DNA of 64,000 nucleotides from the NCBI GenBank assembly GCA_963705305.1, contig OY970067.1:608001-672000 (forward strand). The letters run 5' to 3'. Under the pieces are notes generated by a model that was not told the DNA's origin, did not search any database, and worked only from the letters and a program-made list of their open reading frames with translations. A program made the translations under genes and the position numbers. Positions 27,702 through 38,160 of this stretch are shown here, in pieces (the stretch's first letter is position 1; each line of letters starts with the position of its first letter). This DNA is from an uncultured Methylomirabilota bacterium. Its GTDB lineage: Bacteria; Methylomirabilota; Methylomirabilia; Methylomirabilales; 2-02-FULL-66-22.

Positions 27702-29015
27702 TCACTCCCTCGGAACCAGGGAGGCCACCTGCCGCGAGACGGCCAGGCGGCCGTGGACGAAGCGGTCGTGGTTGGCCTCGATCGCGCCGGGGTCGTAGAC
27801 GTAATTCGCCATGATGCCGAGCGACTGGCGGAGACCCTGCTTGGATTGGTCCGCCGCCCAGTTCAGCCGCTCCAGGCGCGCCCCGTTGTTGAGGTGAAAG
27901 CGGGCCACCGGATCCAGCGCGGGCTCGGCCTCCGCGCCGGGGCTGAGCAAGAAGGCGGCGCACAGGGCTTTGAGGGGCTCTTCGACCGGCTTCAGGCGAT
28001 CCCATGCCGCCGCAGGATCGGCGGCGATCCCGGCGGGGTCCGCCCCGATCCCCCGCACGACGTCCCGCAGGGCCGCGGCCAGCGCCGCCGGATATTCCGC
28101 CTCCGGAGTGCGCGCCAGTGACGAGAGCCATCGCGAGAAGCCGGGGATCGGCGACAGCGTGCAAAATCGCCGGATCCGCGGAAACTCCGCGGAGAGAAGA
28201 TCAACCACCTGCTTGATGAGGAAGTTGCCGAGCGATACGCCGCGAAGGCCGGGCTGGCAGTTGCTGATGGAATAGAGTGCGGCCACCGTCGCCCGGCTCG
28301 CATCCCGAGGTGTCGTCCGGGTGTCAAGCAGGGGTGCGATGGCGGAAGGCATCTCGTCGGTCAGTGCCACCTCCACGAAGATCAGCGGCTCGTCCGGCAG
28401 CGCCGGGTGGAAGAAGGCAAAGCAGCGGCGATCACTCTCCAGGCGGCGGCGGAGGTCCCCCCAGCCCTGGATCTCATGCACCGCCTCGTGCGCAATGACT
28501 TTCTCGAGGAGGTAGGCGGGAGATCGCCAGTCCGCACGGACGATTTGCAGGAATCCCGGGTTGAACCACGACGCCAGCAGGTGGCGGAAATCCCAGTCGA
28601 GTCCCGCCAGGGCCGGTTGCTCGCGCACGCAATGGAGCAGCTGCTCGCGCATCCGCAGGATAGCCGCCGTTCCTCCCGGCACCCGGTTGAGGCGCCGCAG
28701 CAGCTCCTGGCGCGGCGCCTCGGCCGCCGCATTCAGCCGCGCAAGCCGCTCGGCGTTCGGCTGATCGGCGTACTGCCGGGCGGCCTCCAGGACTTCCGCC
28801 GGATCGGGAGAGAAGTCTTCCAGCAGGAACTGGAAAAATGCCGCCTGCTGCCGCCGGTCGAGCTCCCCGCACAGCGCCAGCGCTTCGCGCGAGAGCGAGA
28901 GGCTTCCCGCCTGCCCGCGCTCGGTCAGCAGCTTCTGGCATTGCCCGACCAGCCGGGTCACCTTGATGCCGCCCCGCGCCACCATAGCCGCCTGCTTGCC
29001 CATCCGTCCGAACAT
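27702..29015 (-). CDS. matA: Malonyl-CoA decarboxylase
   Basis: SWFNPGFL, HEAVHEI, DRRCFAFFHP, EPLIFVEVAL, YSISNCQPGLRGVSLGNFLIK, TLSPIPGF, DPVARFHL.NGA. Confidence 0.93.
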   Translation of the reverse strand: MFGRMGKQAAMVARGGIKVTRLVGQCQKLLTERGQAGSLSLSREALALCGELDRRQQAAFFQFLLEDFSPDPAEVLEAARQYADQPNAERLARLNAAAEAPRQELLRRLNRVPGGTAAILRMREQLLHCVREQPALAGLDWDFRHLLASWFNPGFLQIVRADWRSPAYLLEKVIAHEAVHEIQGWGDLRRRLESDRRCFAFFHPALPDEPLIFVEVALTDEMPSAIAPLLDTRTTPRDASRATVAALYSISNCQPGLRGVSLGNFLIKQVVDLLSAEFPRIRRFCTLSPIPGFSRWLSSLARTPEAEYPAALAAALRDVVRGIGADPAGIAADPAAAWDRLKPVEEPLKALCAAFLLSPGAEAEPALDPVARFHLNNGARLERLNWAADQSKQGLRQSLGIMANYVYDPGAIEANHDRFVHGRLAVSRQVASLVPRE

Positions 29016-29284
29016 GGGAGTCCCTCCGATGATAGGGGAGCGCCGAACCCCCTTATTGTACCCTTCGGTCGGGGAAATTACGAGAGCTCGGCACGGGAGG
29101 CGATTCGTCGGCCGTGTCCCGAAGGTGAGACAGACCGGACGCGGCACGTTTCTGTGTTTGCGCACCGCCGAGGGATGGCGATATACTTCTCGCCGCTCCG
29201 CACCTCTACCCGACGCGCTGTGTGTTCCAGGCGAAATTCCCCGCCGGCGGGAAGGGCCGTGAAGAACCAGGAAGGAGAGCGCCA

Positions 29285-30692
29285 ATGAAAGCGGACATCG
29301 GGGTCATCGGCATGGCGGTCATGGGCCAGAACCTTGCCCTCAATATGGAAAGCAAGGGATTCACCGTGGCCGTGTTCAACCGAACGACCGAAAAGACCAA
29401 GGAGTTCTTCGAGGAGCGGTGCAAGGGGAAGAAGGTGGTCCCCGGCTACACCCTCGAAGAGTTCCTCGGCAGCCTGAAGAAGCCCCGCCGGATCATGATC
29501 ATGGTCAAGGCCGGGAAGCCCGTGGACGACATGATCGCCCTGGTGGCGCCGCACCTGGAGAAGGGCGACATCCTGATCGACGGCGGCAACTCCTTCTTCC
29601 AGGATACGCGCCGGCGCGCCGCGGGGGCAGAGGCCAAAGGCCTCCTGTACATCGGCACAGGGGTCTCCGGCGGCGAGGAGGGTGCGCTGCACGGCCCCAG
29701 CATCATGCCGGGGGACTCCCGAGGCGTACCAGGCCGTGGGACCCATTCTTACGGCGATCTCGGCCAAGGTGGAGGGAGATCCCTGCTGCACCTACATCGG
29801 GCGGGACGGCGCCGGGCACTACGTCAAGATGGTCCACAACGGGATCGAGTACGGCGACATGCAGTTGATCAGTGAGGCTTACACCCTGATGCGGGACGTC
29901 CTAGGCATGAACCACCAGGACATGCAGCGGACCTTCGCGGAGTGGAACCGCGGCGAGCTGGATTCCTACCTGATCGAGATCACCGCCGATATTCTCTCCA
30001 AGACGGATCCGGACACCGGCCAGCCGCTCGTGGAGGTCATCCTGGATAAGGCCGGACAGAAGGGCACCGGGAAGTGGACCAGCCAATCCGCCCTGGACCT
30101 GGGGATCAGCGCCCCGACCATTGCCGAGGCCGTCTTCGCGCGCTGCATCTCCGCCGTCAAGGAGGAGCGGGTCAAAGCCGCGGCCGTCCTGCGGGGCCCC
30201 ACGGGGACCTTTCAGGGGGACCGGAAGGAGTTCGTGGAATCCATCCGCCAAGCCCTCTACGCCTCCAAGATCTGCTCCTACGCTCAGGGCTTCGCCCTGA
30301 TGCGGGCGGCAGCCCAGGAATACGGCTGGCAGCTCAAGATGGGTGAGATGGCCATGATCTGGCGAGGCGGCTGCATCATCCGGGCGAAGTTCCTGTCCAA
30401 GATCAAGGAGGCCTTTGATCGGAACCCCGGCCTCGCCAACCTGCTCATGGACCCGTACTTCAGCCGGATCGTCATCGAAAATCAGCCCCGCTGGCGCCAG
30501 GTGACCTCTACGGCCATCCAGCTGGGCGTGCCCGTGCCGGCGCTCTCGTCGGCCATCACCTACTTTGACGCCTACCGCAGCGGCCGCCTCTGGGCCAACA
30601 TGATCCAGGCCCAGCGCGACTACTTCGGCGCCCACACCTACGAGCGGGTGGACAAGGCGGGCAGCTTTCATACCGAGTGGATGAAGATATAG
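29285..30692 (+). CDS. gnd: 6-phosphogluconate dehydrogenase (decarboxylating), frameshifted in a G-run at about 29711-29714
   Basis: [26 protein letters not shown], then in the shifted frame [37 protein letters not shown] has only 4 G after CCG. Confidence 0.93.
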
Positions 30693-30719
30693 CAGGCTGC
30701 TAGAGCTGGGAGGCGGACC

Positions 30720-31547
30720 ATGAGCTACGTCGAAGAGATGTTTGATCTCTCCGGAACCCGGGCCATCATCACGGGCGGGGCCGGCGCCATCGCCGGCGGC
30801 TTCGCCGAGGCTTTGCTCAAGGCTGGGACCACGGTGGCCCTGTGGGGGCATCGCCAGAGTACCATCGACGAGGCCGTCCAGCGGCTCTCCGGGGTCGTGC
30901 CGGAAGGCCGGGAAAGGCTGGCGGGGTTTCAGGCGGATACTGGAAAGGACTCGGACGTCCGGGCGGCCCTCGCCGCAACCGAGAAGGCCGTGGGACCCCC
31001 CAACCTCCTGATCAACGGAGTGGGCGGCACCGGAGGCCCCAAGGGCAAGTCGGCCTTCGCGGACACGGACATGGAGATCTTCGAGTCGGTCCTGAAGTTG
31101 AATGTCATCGCCGGCCTGATGATCCCCACCAAGCTGGTAGCCGCCTACTGGATCGAACGGAAGATCAAGGGCTCGATCATCAACATCACCTCCATGTCAT
31201 CCTATGTTCCGCTCTCCGGGGTGTGGGGTTACGGCGCCGCCAAGGCCGGCGTCCTCAACCTCACCCAGGCGGCGGCCAAGGAGTTCGCGCCCTACGGCAT
31301 TCGCGTCAATGCCATCGCGCCCGGATTCGTCATCGGGAAGCAGAACCGGGCCTTGCTCATCGACGAGAAGACCGGCGAGCTCACCGCGCGGGGCAAGGCC
31401 ATCATCGCTCACACCCCCTTCGGCCGCTTCAGTGAGGCGTCCGAGCTGGCGGGCGCCCTGTTGTTCCTGGCCAGCGAGAAGGCATCCGGTTTCGTCACCG
31501 GCATCTCGCTCCCCGTGGACGGGGGATACCTGGTCCACAACATCTGA
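30720..31547 (+). CDS. SDR family, D-mannonate oxidoreductase-like
   Basis: LINGVGG, SMSSYVPLSGV..YGAAKAG, APGFVIGKQNRALL, LTARG..II.HTPFGRF. Confidence 0.75.
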   Translation: MSYVEEMFDLSGTRAIITGGAGAIAGGFAEALLKAGTTVALWGHRQSTIDEAVQRLSGVVPEGRERLAGFQADTGKDSDVRAALAATEKAVGPPNLLINGVGGTGGPKGKSAFADTDMEIFESVLKLNVIAGLMIPTKLVAAYWIERKIKGSIINITSMSSYVPLSGVWGYGAAKAGVLNLTQAAAKEFAPYGIRVNAIAPGFVIGKQNRALLIDEKTGELTARGKAIIAHTPFGRFSEASELAGALLFLASEKASGFVTGISLPVDGGYLVHNI

Positions 31548-31599
31548 GAGCCGTGAGCGGACCCGTCGGCAGGCCGCGGACCGCGGGCTAGAGGATAGA

Positions 31600-32871
31600 A
31601 TGGCTGTCGAGAAAGGAAATCCAGGCTGGGACCTGAGCCTCCAAGAGGCCCAGCGGATCATCGCCCAGGGGACCCCGGAGGAGCTGGTGCGGGGCAAGCG
31701 CGTGCTGGTCCTGACCCCGGACACGACCCGGACCTGTCCGCTCCCCCGCATGGTCCGTGCCGTCCGGGAGACCCTCGGCGGGCTGGCCAGGCAGCTGGAC
31801 TTCATGGTCGCCCTGGGCTCGCACCGGCCGCTCCCGGAGGGGCAGATCCTGGCCCTCTACGGCATCACCCCCGAGGCGCGCGCCCGGGATTTCGCCGCGA
31901 CCCGCTTCCTGAACCACCGCTGGGACATTCCCGGGACGCTGGTGAAACTGGGGACGATCACGGCCGACGAGATCGCCGCCCTCACCGGCGGCCTCTTCCG
32001 CGAGGCCGTAGACGTGGATATCAACCGGACGATTTACGACTACGACCTGATCCTCATCCTGGGCCCCGTGTTTCCCCACGAGGTCGTTGGGATCTCGGGC
32101 GGGAACAAGTACCTCTTTCCCGGCATCTCCGGCGGTGATTTCCTCCACTTCTTCCACTGGCTGGGGGCGGTGATCACCTGCTGGAAGACCATCGGCTACA
32201 AGCGCACGCCCGTGCGGGAGGTCGTGGACCGGGCGGCCCGGATGGTCCAGGTGCCCAGACACTGCCTGGCCATGGTGGTGGGACCCGAGAATACGCTGGC
32301 CGGCCTCTTTGCGGGGAGTCCCGAGGACGCCTGGTCGGCGGCGGCCGACCTGTCGGCCCGCATCCACATCACCTACAAGGACCGGTCGTATCACACCGTT
32401 CTGGGGCGCGCCCCCGAGATGTACGACGAGATCTGGGTCGCCGGCAAGGTCATGTACAAGCTGGAGCCGGTCGTGGCGGAAGGCGGCCGCCTCATCATCT
32501 ACGGTCCGCACATCCGGGAGATTTCCTCGACCTGGGGCCCGCACCTCACGCGGATCGGCTATCACGTGCGGGACTACTTCCTGAAGCAGATGGACCGGTT
32601 CTGCAACGTCCCCCGCGGCGTCCTGGCCCACTCCACCCACGTGAAGGGCCTGGGGGTTTACGAGAACGGCATCGAGACACCCCGGATCGAGGTCGCCCTG
32701 GCCACCGCCATCCCCGAGGCGAAATGCCGCCAGGTGAACCTGGGGTACCTGGATCCCGCCTCCGTCCGCCTAGAGGAGTACAAGGGGCGTGAGGATCAGG
32801 GGATCCTCTTCGTCGACCACGCCGGCGAGATCCTGCACCGCCTCGCCTCCGAGCGGGAAGGACGCGGCTGA
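31600..32871 (+). CDS. LarA (lactate racemase) superfamily protein, candidate sugar-acid 2-epimerase
   Basis: PDTTRT, ALGSH, NHRW, GPVFPHEVVGISGGNKYLFPGI LarA-domain motifs. Confidence 0.85.
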   Translation: MAVEKGNPGWDLSLQEAQRIIAQGTPEELVRGKRVLVLTPDTTRTCPLPRMVRAVRETLGGLARQLDFMVALGSHRPLPEGQILALYGITPEARARDFAATRFLNHRWDIPGTLVKLGTITADEIAALTGGLFREAVDVDINRTIYDYDLILILGPVFPHEVVGISGGNKYLFPGISGGDFLHFFHWLGAVITCWKTIGYKRTPVREVVDRAARMVQVPRHCLAMVVGPENTLAGLFAGSPEDAWSAAADLSARIHITYKDRSYHTVLGRAPEMYDEIWVAGKVMYKLEPVVAEGGRLIIYGPHIREISSTWGPHLTRIGYHVRDYFLKQMDRFCNVPRGVLAHSTHVKGLGVYENGIETPRIEVALATAIPEAKCRQVNLGYLDPASVRLEEYKGREDQGILFVDHAGEILHRLASEREGRG

Positions 32872-32898
32872 CGGCGGGATTCGCCGTTCGATGTTCCG

Positions 32899-34053
32899 TC
32901 ACGGGAATGCCGCCCGGATAGCGTCCAGGAAGGCCGCCGTGCTCTGGGCGACGTTGGTCCGGTCCTTCAAGAGTGCCCCGCCGATCAAGAGAACCATATC
33001 CCGGCCGTAGGCCTCTGCCAGCTCCTGCACGCGCCCGGGCGTCATGCCGCCCGCGGGGCAGGGGAAGGCCGGCCGCAGCCCGCCCAGCGGCCGCCGAAGG
33101 GCGTCCGCCAGCTCCAGGCAGTCCTCCCGGCTGAAGGGAAACCGCCCTCCCCAGTTGGGAAACACCGAGACATCGCTGCCGATCAGCCGGAAGACCGTGC
33201 CCAGGAGGACCGCCGGCGTCATGCCGTGATCCGGATCGTGAAAGTGCGTGCCGGTCATCGCCGGGTGGGCCATGATGGCCAATCGATACCGCTCGGAGAG
33301 AGAGCGAACAGCGTCCGGCCCGACGAGGAGCGGCGCAATCAGGATTCCCCGCACCCCCTGGCCCACGGCGAACTGGATCTGCGCCTCCAGCTCGTCGAAC
33401 CGTCCTGAGATCATCGGAAGGTACAGCGCATTCCCGTTCGACCGGCTGTTGGCTCGCGCCACACTCTCCTGGCAGCGTGGGACCCGCTCCCGGAAGGGGT
33501 GAAACTGCTGATCGGCAATGCCGTGGTCGTCCTTGATGAGATCCGCTCCGCCGCAGGCGAAGTCCTCGGCCAGGGCGGCCAACTCCGCCGTAGTGAGCCC
33601 CATGGGCTTGAGCACCGCACAGGCCAGCGGCCGGCCGGCAACGCCGGTGAGCGTGCGCAGGCCGTCGATCCCAAAGGCGGGCCCGGGCCAGGCGGCCAGG
33701 AAGTTCTCTGGTAGGTCCAGGCCGACGATCTTGATATTGGACTTGAGCGAAATGTTGCCGAAGAGGACGTTCAGGAGTTGGGGGATGCTCCCGCCGACGA
33801 TGTCGCAGCGGTAGCTGATCTCGACGGCGTAGCTGTCGCGGGACCCGGCCAGGCGCTCGATCTGCTCGATCCGGCCGGTGATCCCCGCGTCATAGATTTT
33901 CTGGGGAATGCAGTCGGGCGGGGTCTCGACCGTCTGCTCGATGGCGATATCCGCGGCGTGCTCCTCGATCGTTCGACCGTCTCCCACGCGGATCCGGTAG
34001 GCGACGATGAACCGGTTGCCCGGGGGCGTGCCGGAACCGGACGGACTTCCCAT
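32899..34053 (-). CDS. RuBisCO-like protein (form IV RLP)
   Basis: IEQTVE, LLNVLFGNISL, GPAFGIDGLR, LKPMG, LIKDDHGIADQ (KDDH rather than KDDE), PAGGM, LIGG; no small subunit nearby. Confidence 0.9.
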   Translation of the reverse strand: MGSPSGSGTPPGNRFIVAYRIRVGDGRTIEEHAADIAIEQTVETPPDCIPQKIYDAGITGRIEQIERLAGSRDSYAVEISYRCDIVGGSIPQLLNVLFGNISLKSNIKIVGLDLPENFLAAWPGPAFGIDGLRTLTGVAGRPLACAVLKPMGLTTAELAALAEDFACGGADLIKDDHGIADQQFHPFRERVPRCQESVARANSRSNGNALYLPMISGRFDELEAQIQFAVGQGVRGILIAPLLVGPDAVRSLSERYRLAIMAHPAMTGTHFHDPDHGMTPAVLLGTVFRLIGSDVSVFPNWGGRFPFSREDCLELADALRRPLGGLRPAFPCPAGGMTPGRVQELAEAYGRDMVLLIGGALLKDRTNVAQSTAAFLDAIRAAFP

Positions 34054-34156
34054 GACGCCTCCTCTGTGGGATGTTCCCGCGCTGTTCGGATGCCGGCCCG
34101 GCAGGAAATCCCGAGCCCACCTCTCTGATCCGGACCGACCTGCCGGCCGATTCGCC

Positions 34157-34987
34157 TTACTCCAGTGCTGCGGCGAGCGCCGTTAGGGACTGGAAGATCA
34201 TGGTCCGGATCAGCTCCAGTGGAGGGATCTCCGGTGTCCGCCAGCGCGGCTCAAAATCGCGCGAGCGCTGGCGGGGCGACAGCTCGTAGCTCACGGGCAC
34301 GCCGGGCAGCTTTTCCTTCAGGACGCGGGCGGCCGCCGGGAGGTCCAGCGCCCCATCCCCCAGGGCAACCCACCGCAGCATCCCGTCCTCGATCTTGGGC
34401 GTTTTGACGTGAACATGGGCCACCACCGGCGCCAGCAGCGACAGCTCCGCCACAGGGTCCAGCGTCCCCTTGGAGTAATACCAGGCGTTCCCGGTGTCGT
34501 AGTTCACCCGCACCACCGGGTGGTCGACCGCCCGGATGAAGTCCAGAATCTGCCGGTCCCGGTCCAGGAGATCCCCGTGATTCTCCAGCGCCAGCACCAG
34601 CCCCAGCCCCTCCGCGTGCCCGGCGATGGTCGGGATGTTCTTCCGAAACCCTTCCAGGTGCCCCGCCGGGCCGGCGATCGTGTTCACCACCGAGGCCCCG
34701 ATGGCCCGGGCGAACTCCAGGCGGCGGCGGAACCGCTCCACCGAGTTTGGCTGGGTGAGATCCATGTGGGCGGAGAGCGAGACGCAGCGCTGACCGCGCG
34801 CCGCCAGGAGCCCCCGCAGCCAGGCCGCCTGCGCCTCGCAGAAGTCGGCCTCCACCAGGTGCTGGAAGATCTTGTCCACGCTGGCCGGCTCCACGATCTT
34901 CACCCCCAGCGCCGCCAATTCGTCCAGGGCCACTTCCAGCGAGTAGCCGTCGAAGGCCATCGTGCTGACGGACACGATACGATCCAC
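34157..34987 (-). CDS. Sugar phosphate isomerase/epimerase (xylose-isomerase-like TIM barrel)
   Basis: LALENHGD, VNYDTGN, HVHVK, LGDGALD, YE metal-binding motifs; GTG start after AGGAGA. Confidence 0.85.
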   Translation of the reverse strand: MDRIVSVSTMAFDGYSLEVALDELAALGVKIVEPASVDKIFQHLVEADFCEAQAAWLRGLLAARGQRCVSLSAHMDLTQPNSVERFRRRLEFARAIGASVVNTIAGPAGHLEGFRKNIPTIAGHAEGLGLVLALENHGDLLDRDRQILDFIRAVDHPVVRVNYDTGNAWYYSKGTLDPVAELSLLAPVVAHVHVKTPKIEDGMLRWVALGDGALDLPAAARVLKEKLPGVPVSYELSPRQRSRDFEPRWRTPEIPPLELIRTMIFQSLTALAAALE

Positions 34988-35013
34988 AGGTGGTCTCCTG
35001 CTGGCAACGCTCC

Positions 35014-36906
35014 TCAATTGGCCATGTGCAGCATCCGAGGCACCATTAGGCTGAACCATGGAACAAAGGTGACCGCGAGCATACCGAAGAAGAGAACAAT
35101 CAAGTACGGGATCATGCGCCTGGTGATCTCTTCCATGCTCGTCTCAGCTATGCCGCAGGTAACGTAAATTCCGATGCCGATCGGGGGGGTGAAGGTCCCA
35201 AATCCCATGGCAATGATGAGGACAATACCATATTGCAGCGGGTGAATCCCCAGCTTGACCGCTATCGGCATCAGCATCGGCGCGAATATCAACAGCGCCG
35301 GGAGTCCCTCGAGAAGCGCTCCCGTGACGACAAGGGTGATTACTGACCCCAACAAGAAGAGCCAGGCTTGGCCGCCCACGGCCAGGAGCGCGGAGCCAAT
35401 CTTGTCTGGCAAGTTCACGACCGCTAAGGACCAGGAGAATCCGAAGGCGGCGCTAATAATGAACAAGATCATCCCTGAGGTTGTGCAAGTCTGGACCACA
35501 GTTACCCAGAACGACCGCACCCCCATTTCCTGATAAAAGATCACTGCCAGAGCCAGCGCATAGATAACAGCCGCGGATGATATTTCCGTGGGAGTCGCTA
35601 CTCCGGCCATGATGCCACCAATCAGGAAAATCGGTACAGCAAGCGATGGAAGGGCGATCAGCGTTGCACGCACCGCCTCCTTCGCCGGCACCTTCATGCC
35701 GGCTGGCATATCGAACTTGCGGGCACGGATGTGAATGAGAATCATGAGCCACACTGCCATGAAAGCGGCTGGCAGCAGACCGGCCATGAACAAAGCCCCG
35801 ACCGACAGTGCCGTGATCGATCCCAAAACCAGCATCGGGAAGCTCGGCGGAACTGTCTCCCCCATGATGGCGGACGCAGCCAGGACGGCTGCCGCTTCGC
35901 TCATGTCGTATCCGCCCCTTCGCAGCATCCCTTTCATCGAGGAACCGACCGCCGCCACATCGGCGACCTTGGAACCGGAAATCCCGGACACAATGTACAT
36001 AGCCACGACAATAACCTGCAACAACCCGCCTGGCAAACGACCGATCATGGCGATGACACATTCCGCCAGCCGACGGCTCAGCCCGCCCTCGGTCATGATA
36101 AACCCGGCGTAGACAAAGAACGGGATGGTAAGAAGTACATACCCCAAAATGCCGCCGTACATAGTCTGGGGCACCGATTTGATGGGGGCTTGCCCTGAAA
36201 GATAGAGGAATAACATCGCTGTCATCGCCAACACAAAGCCGATGGGGACACCGATGGCGAGCAAAACGAAAAATGCGCCGAACGTCAGCCACAGGGCCAA
36301 CGCATGCACACCCCAAGGGCCCGACAAGTTCCGGGCCGTGATGAGTACGGTAAGCAACGCGGCTACCGTGATGCCTGCGGCGATCATGCTCCGCCTTGGC
36401 CGAGCCCACAACTTCTGGACAGCGATGACTGCCATCAAGGCCATCCCGACAGGCAGTGGAACCATGAACCAGGCTTCTGGCATGCCGATGATCGGTGATA
36501 GCATCTCCCAACGCGATTTCACCAGGGGAAGTGAGAGCCAGCCGATCATGGCGGCGAGAATGAGGATGAGGTAGTCTACCGCGGCCGCAAGGAACCGCTG
36601 CCAGCCCTCCGGAAACCGTTGCGTGATCACCTCGACAGCCATGTGCTTGTTCCGCGCGTAGGCAACTGCTCCTCCGATAAAGGCAAGCATCGTTAACGTG
36701 ATCATCGAGATTTCCTGCCCCCAGATGGTCTGGTAACCAAACGCATATCTCGTGACCACATTCGTGAACATGATGACCAACTGTCCAAGAAGCGCGACGA
36801 CCACCAGCACGTCGAGCAGTAGAATGATCCGTCGCCAGACCCAGCCGAGGGCCCCTGCAGCAACAAATGCCGCGGGCAGTGGGCCGTCCACGTTCACCTT
36901 GGACAC
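35014..36906 (-). CDS. TRAP transporter fused DctQ-DctM permease
   Basis: N-terminal 4-TM DctQ part (NVVTRY, WGQE, HMAV) followed by DctM (IPFFVYAG, SGISGSKVADVAA, TPTE, FTPPIG). Confidence 0.9.
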   Translation of the reverse strand: MSKVNVDGPLPAAFVAAGALGWVWRRIILLLDVLVVVALLGQLVIMFTNVVTRYAFGYQTIWGQEISMITLTMLAFIGGAVAYARNKHMAVEVITQRFPEGWQRFLAAAVDYLILILAAMIGWLSLPLVKSRWEMLSPIIGMPEAWFMVPLPVGMALMAVIAVQKLWARPRRSMIAAGITVAALLTVLITARNLSGPWGVHALALWLTFGAFFVLLAIGVPIGFVLAMTAMLFLYLSGQAPIKSVPQTMYGGILGYVLLTIPFFVYAGFIMTEGGLSRRLAECVIAMIGRLPGGLLQVIVVAMYIVSGISGSKVADVAAVGSSMKGMLRRGGYDMSEAAAVLAASAIMGETVPPSFPMLVLGSITALSVGALFMAGLLPAAFMAVWLMILIHIRARKFDMPAGMKVPAKEAVRATLIALPSLAVPIFLIGGIMAGVATPTEISSAAVIYALALAVIFYQEMGVRSFWVTVVQTCTTSGMILFIISAAFGFSWSLAVVNLPDKIGSALLAVGGQAWLFLLGSVITLVVTGALLEGLPALLIFAPMLMPIAVKLGIHPLQYGIVLIIAMGFGTFTPPIGIGIYVTCGIAETSMEEITRRMIPYLIVLFFGMLAVTFVPWFSLMVPRMLHMAN

Positions 36907-37069
36907 TTCGACCTCCTGCTGGAGCAGCTATGCGGTGGAGGCGGTCTGCGCACTCTCACCCCCGGATTGGCATCAGTCCGCGATGCTCCGCGCCCGCGAC
37001 TGAGCGCGCTCAGCCGCGGGCGCGACATCCAGGTGGGAGCTACATTCGGCGGGGACGCCCCAGAACTCG

Positions 37070-38065
37070 TTACTTGGTTGCCTCAATCTCCTCGATGAAC
37101 TTCTTAGCGTCGGCCCCGTACAGTTTTGCGTATTCGGCGTACAGCGGCTTGACTTTCTCCATGAACGCCTGCTTGTCGACTTGATTGACCTGCATCCCAA
37201 CGTCCTTCAGCGCATTTACCAACTTGGTGTCTTCCGACCAGGTGTAGTCGCGCTGGAATTTTCCGGCCTCAATCGCAGACTCCTCAGTCAACTTCTGAAT
37301 ATCGGCCGGCAGCTTGTCCCACAGGGGACCGCTATACATGAACATGTGGACCAAGAATTGGTGTCCCGTCAGTGAGAGGTACTTCTGTGCCTCGTATAGC
37401 TTCGAGCGATAAATGTTAGACGGAGGATTTTCCTGGCCGTCAAATACACCTTGCTTCAAGGCCATGTAGACCTCCGTGAAGGGCAGCGGAGCGGGATTCG
37501 CCCCCAACGCTTTGAATGTGTCGATGTTGACCTTCGACTCTGGAACGCGGATCTTGAGGCCCTTCAGATCGTCCGGCTTATAGATGGGGCGCACGTTGTT
37601 GGTTACGTAGCGCAATCCGGCCTCCCAGAATGCCATCACGTGGACCCCCTTCTTGTCGACCCGGTCTTTGATCTGGGCACCGATCGGTCCGTCGACCACC
37701 CGATAGGCATGATCACGGTCGCGGAACAGGTACGGCAACTCGAAAATGTTCAACAGGGGATCATACGCGGAGTAAAAGCCGATCGTGACCATGGTGATTT
37801 CCAGCGTGCCCGAGCGCAATGCCTCGACAAAGTCCCGCTGCGAGCCGAGCTGGCCAGCGGGATGGACCTGAACCTCTACTCGGCCGTTGCTCTTCTTCTC
37901 GAGGATCTCCTTGAACTTGTTGGCACCGACGTTCTCCGGATGGTCGGGTGCGGTACCGGTGGCGACCCTCATGATGATCTTGTCGGCAGCTAGACCTGTC
38001 CCTGATGCGACCCATATCATTGAGATAACGGCTACGGCGACCGCCAGTGCTAATCCCTTCTTCAT
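37070..38065 (-). CDS. dctP: TRAP substrate-binding protein
   Basis: Signal peptide; GQLG, ELPYLF, GLKIRVP, EVYMALKQGVFDGQENP, YEAQKYLSLTGH. Confidence 0.94.
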   Translation of the reverse strand: MKKGLALAVAVAVISMIWVASGTGLAADKIIMRVATGTAPDHPENVGANKFKEILEKKSNGRVEVQVHPAGQLGSQRDFVEALRSGTLEITMVTIGFYSAYDPLLNIFELPYLFRDRDHAYRVVDGPIGAQIKDRVDKKGVHVMAFWEAGLRYVTNNVRPIYKPDDLKGLKIRVPESKVNIDTFKALGANPAPLPFTEVYMALKQGVFDGQENPPSNIYRSKLYEAQKYLSLTGHQFLVHMFMYSGPLWDKLPADIQKLTEESAIEAGKFQRDYTWSEDTKLVNALKDVGMQVNQVDKQAFMEKVKPLYAEYAKLYGADAKKFIEEIEATK

Positions 38066-38160
38066 GTGCCTCCTCCTGTCATCTAAGAACCCACCAAGGG
38101 CGCGTGCAAATCTCTCATGTGCAATGCAGGACCTCGGTCCCCTCCCCGCCTCCTCGATGT

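Noticed and set aside
29705..29720. Programmed frameshift or phase variation in gnd
   Set aside because: The G-run is short with no slippery heptamer; the conserved MPGG motif is two bases short, which fits an indel or assembly error
32899..34053. True RuBisCO / Calvin cycle
   Set aside because: KDDH instead of KDDE, short length (384 aa), and no cbbS or prk nearby; this is a form IV RLP
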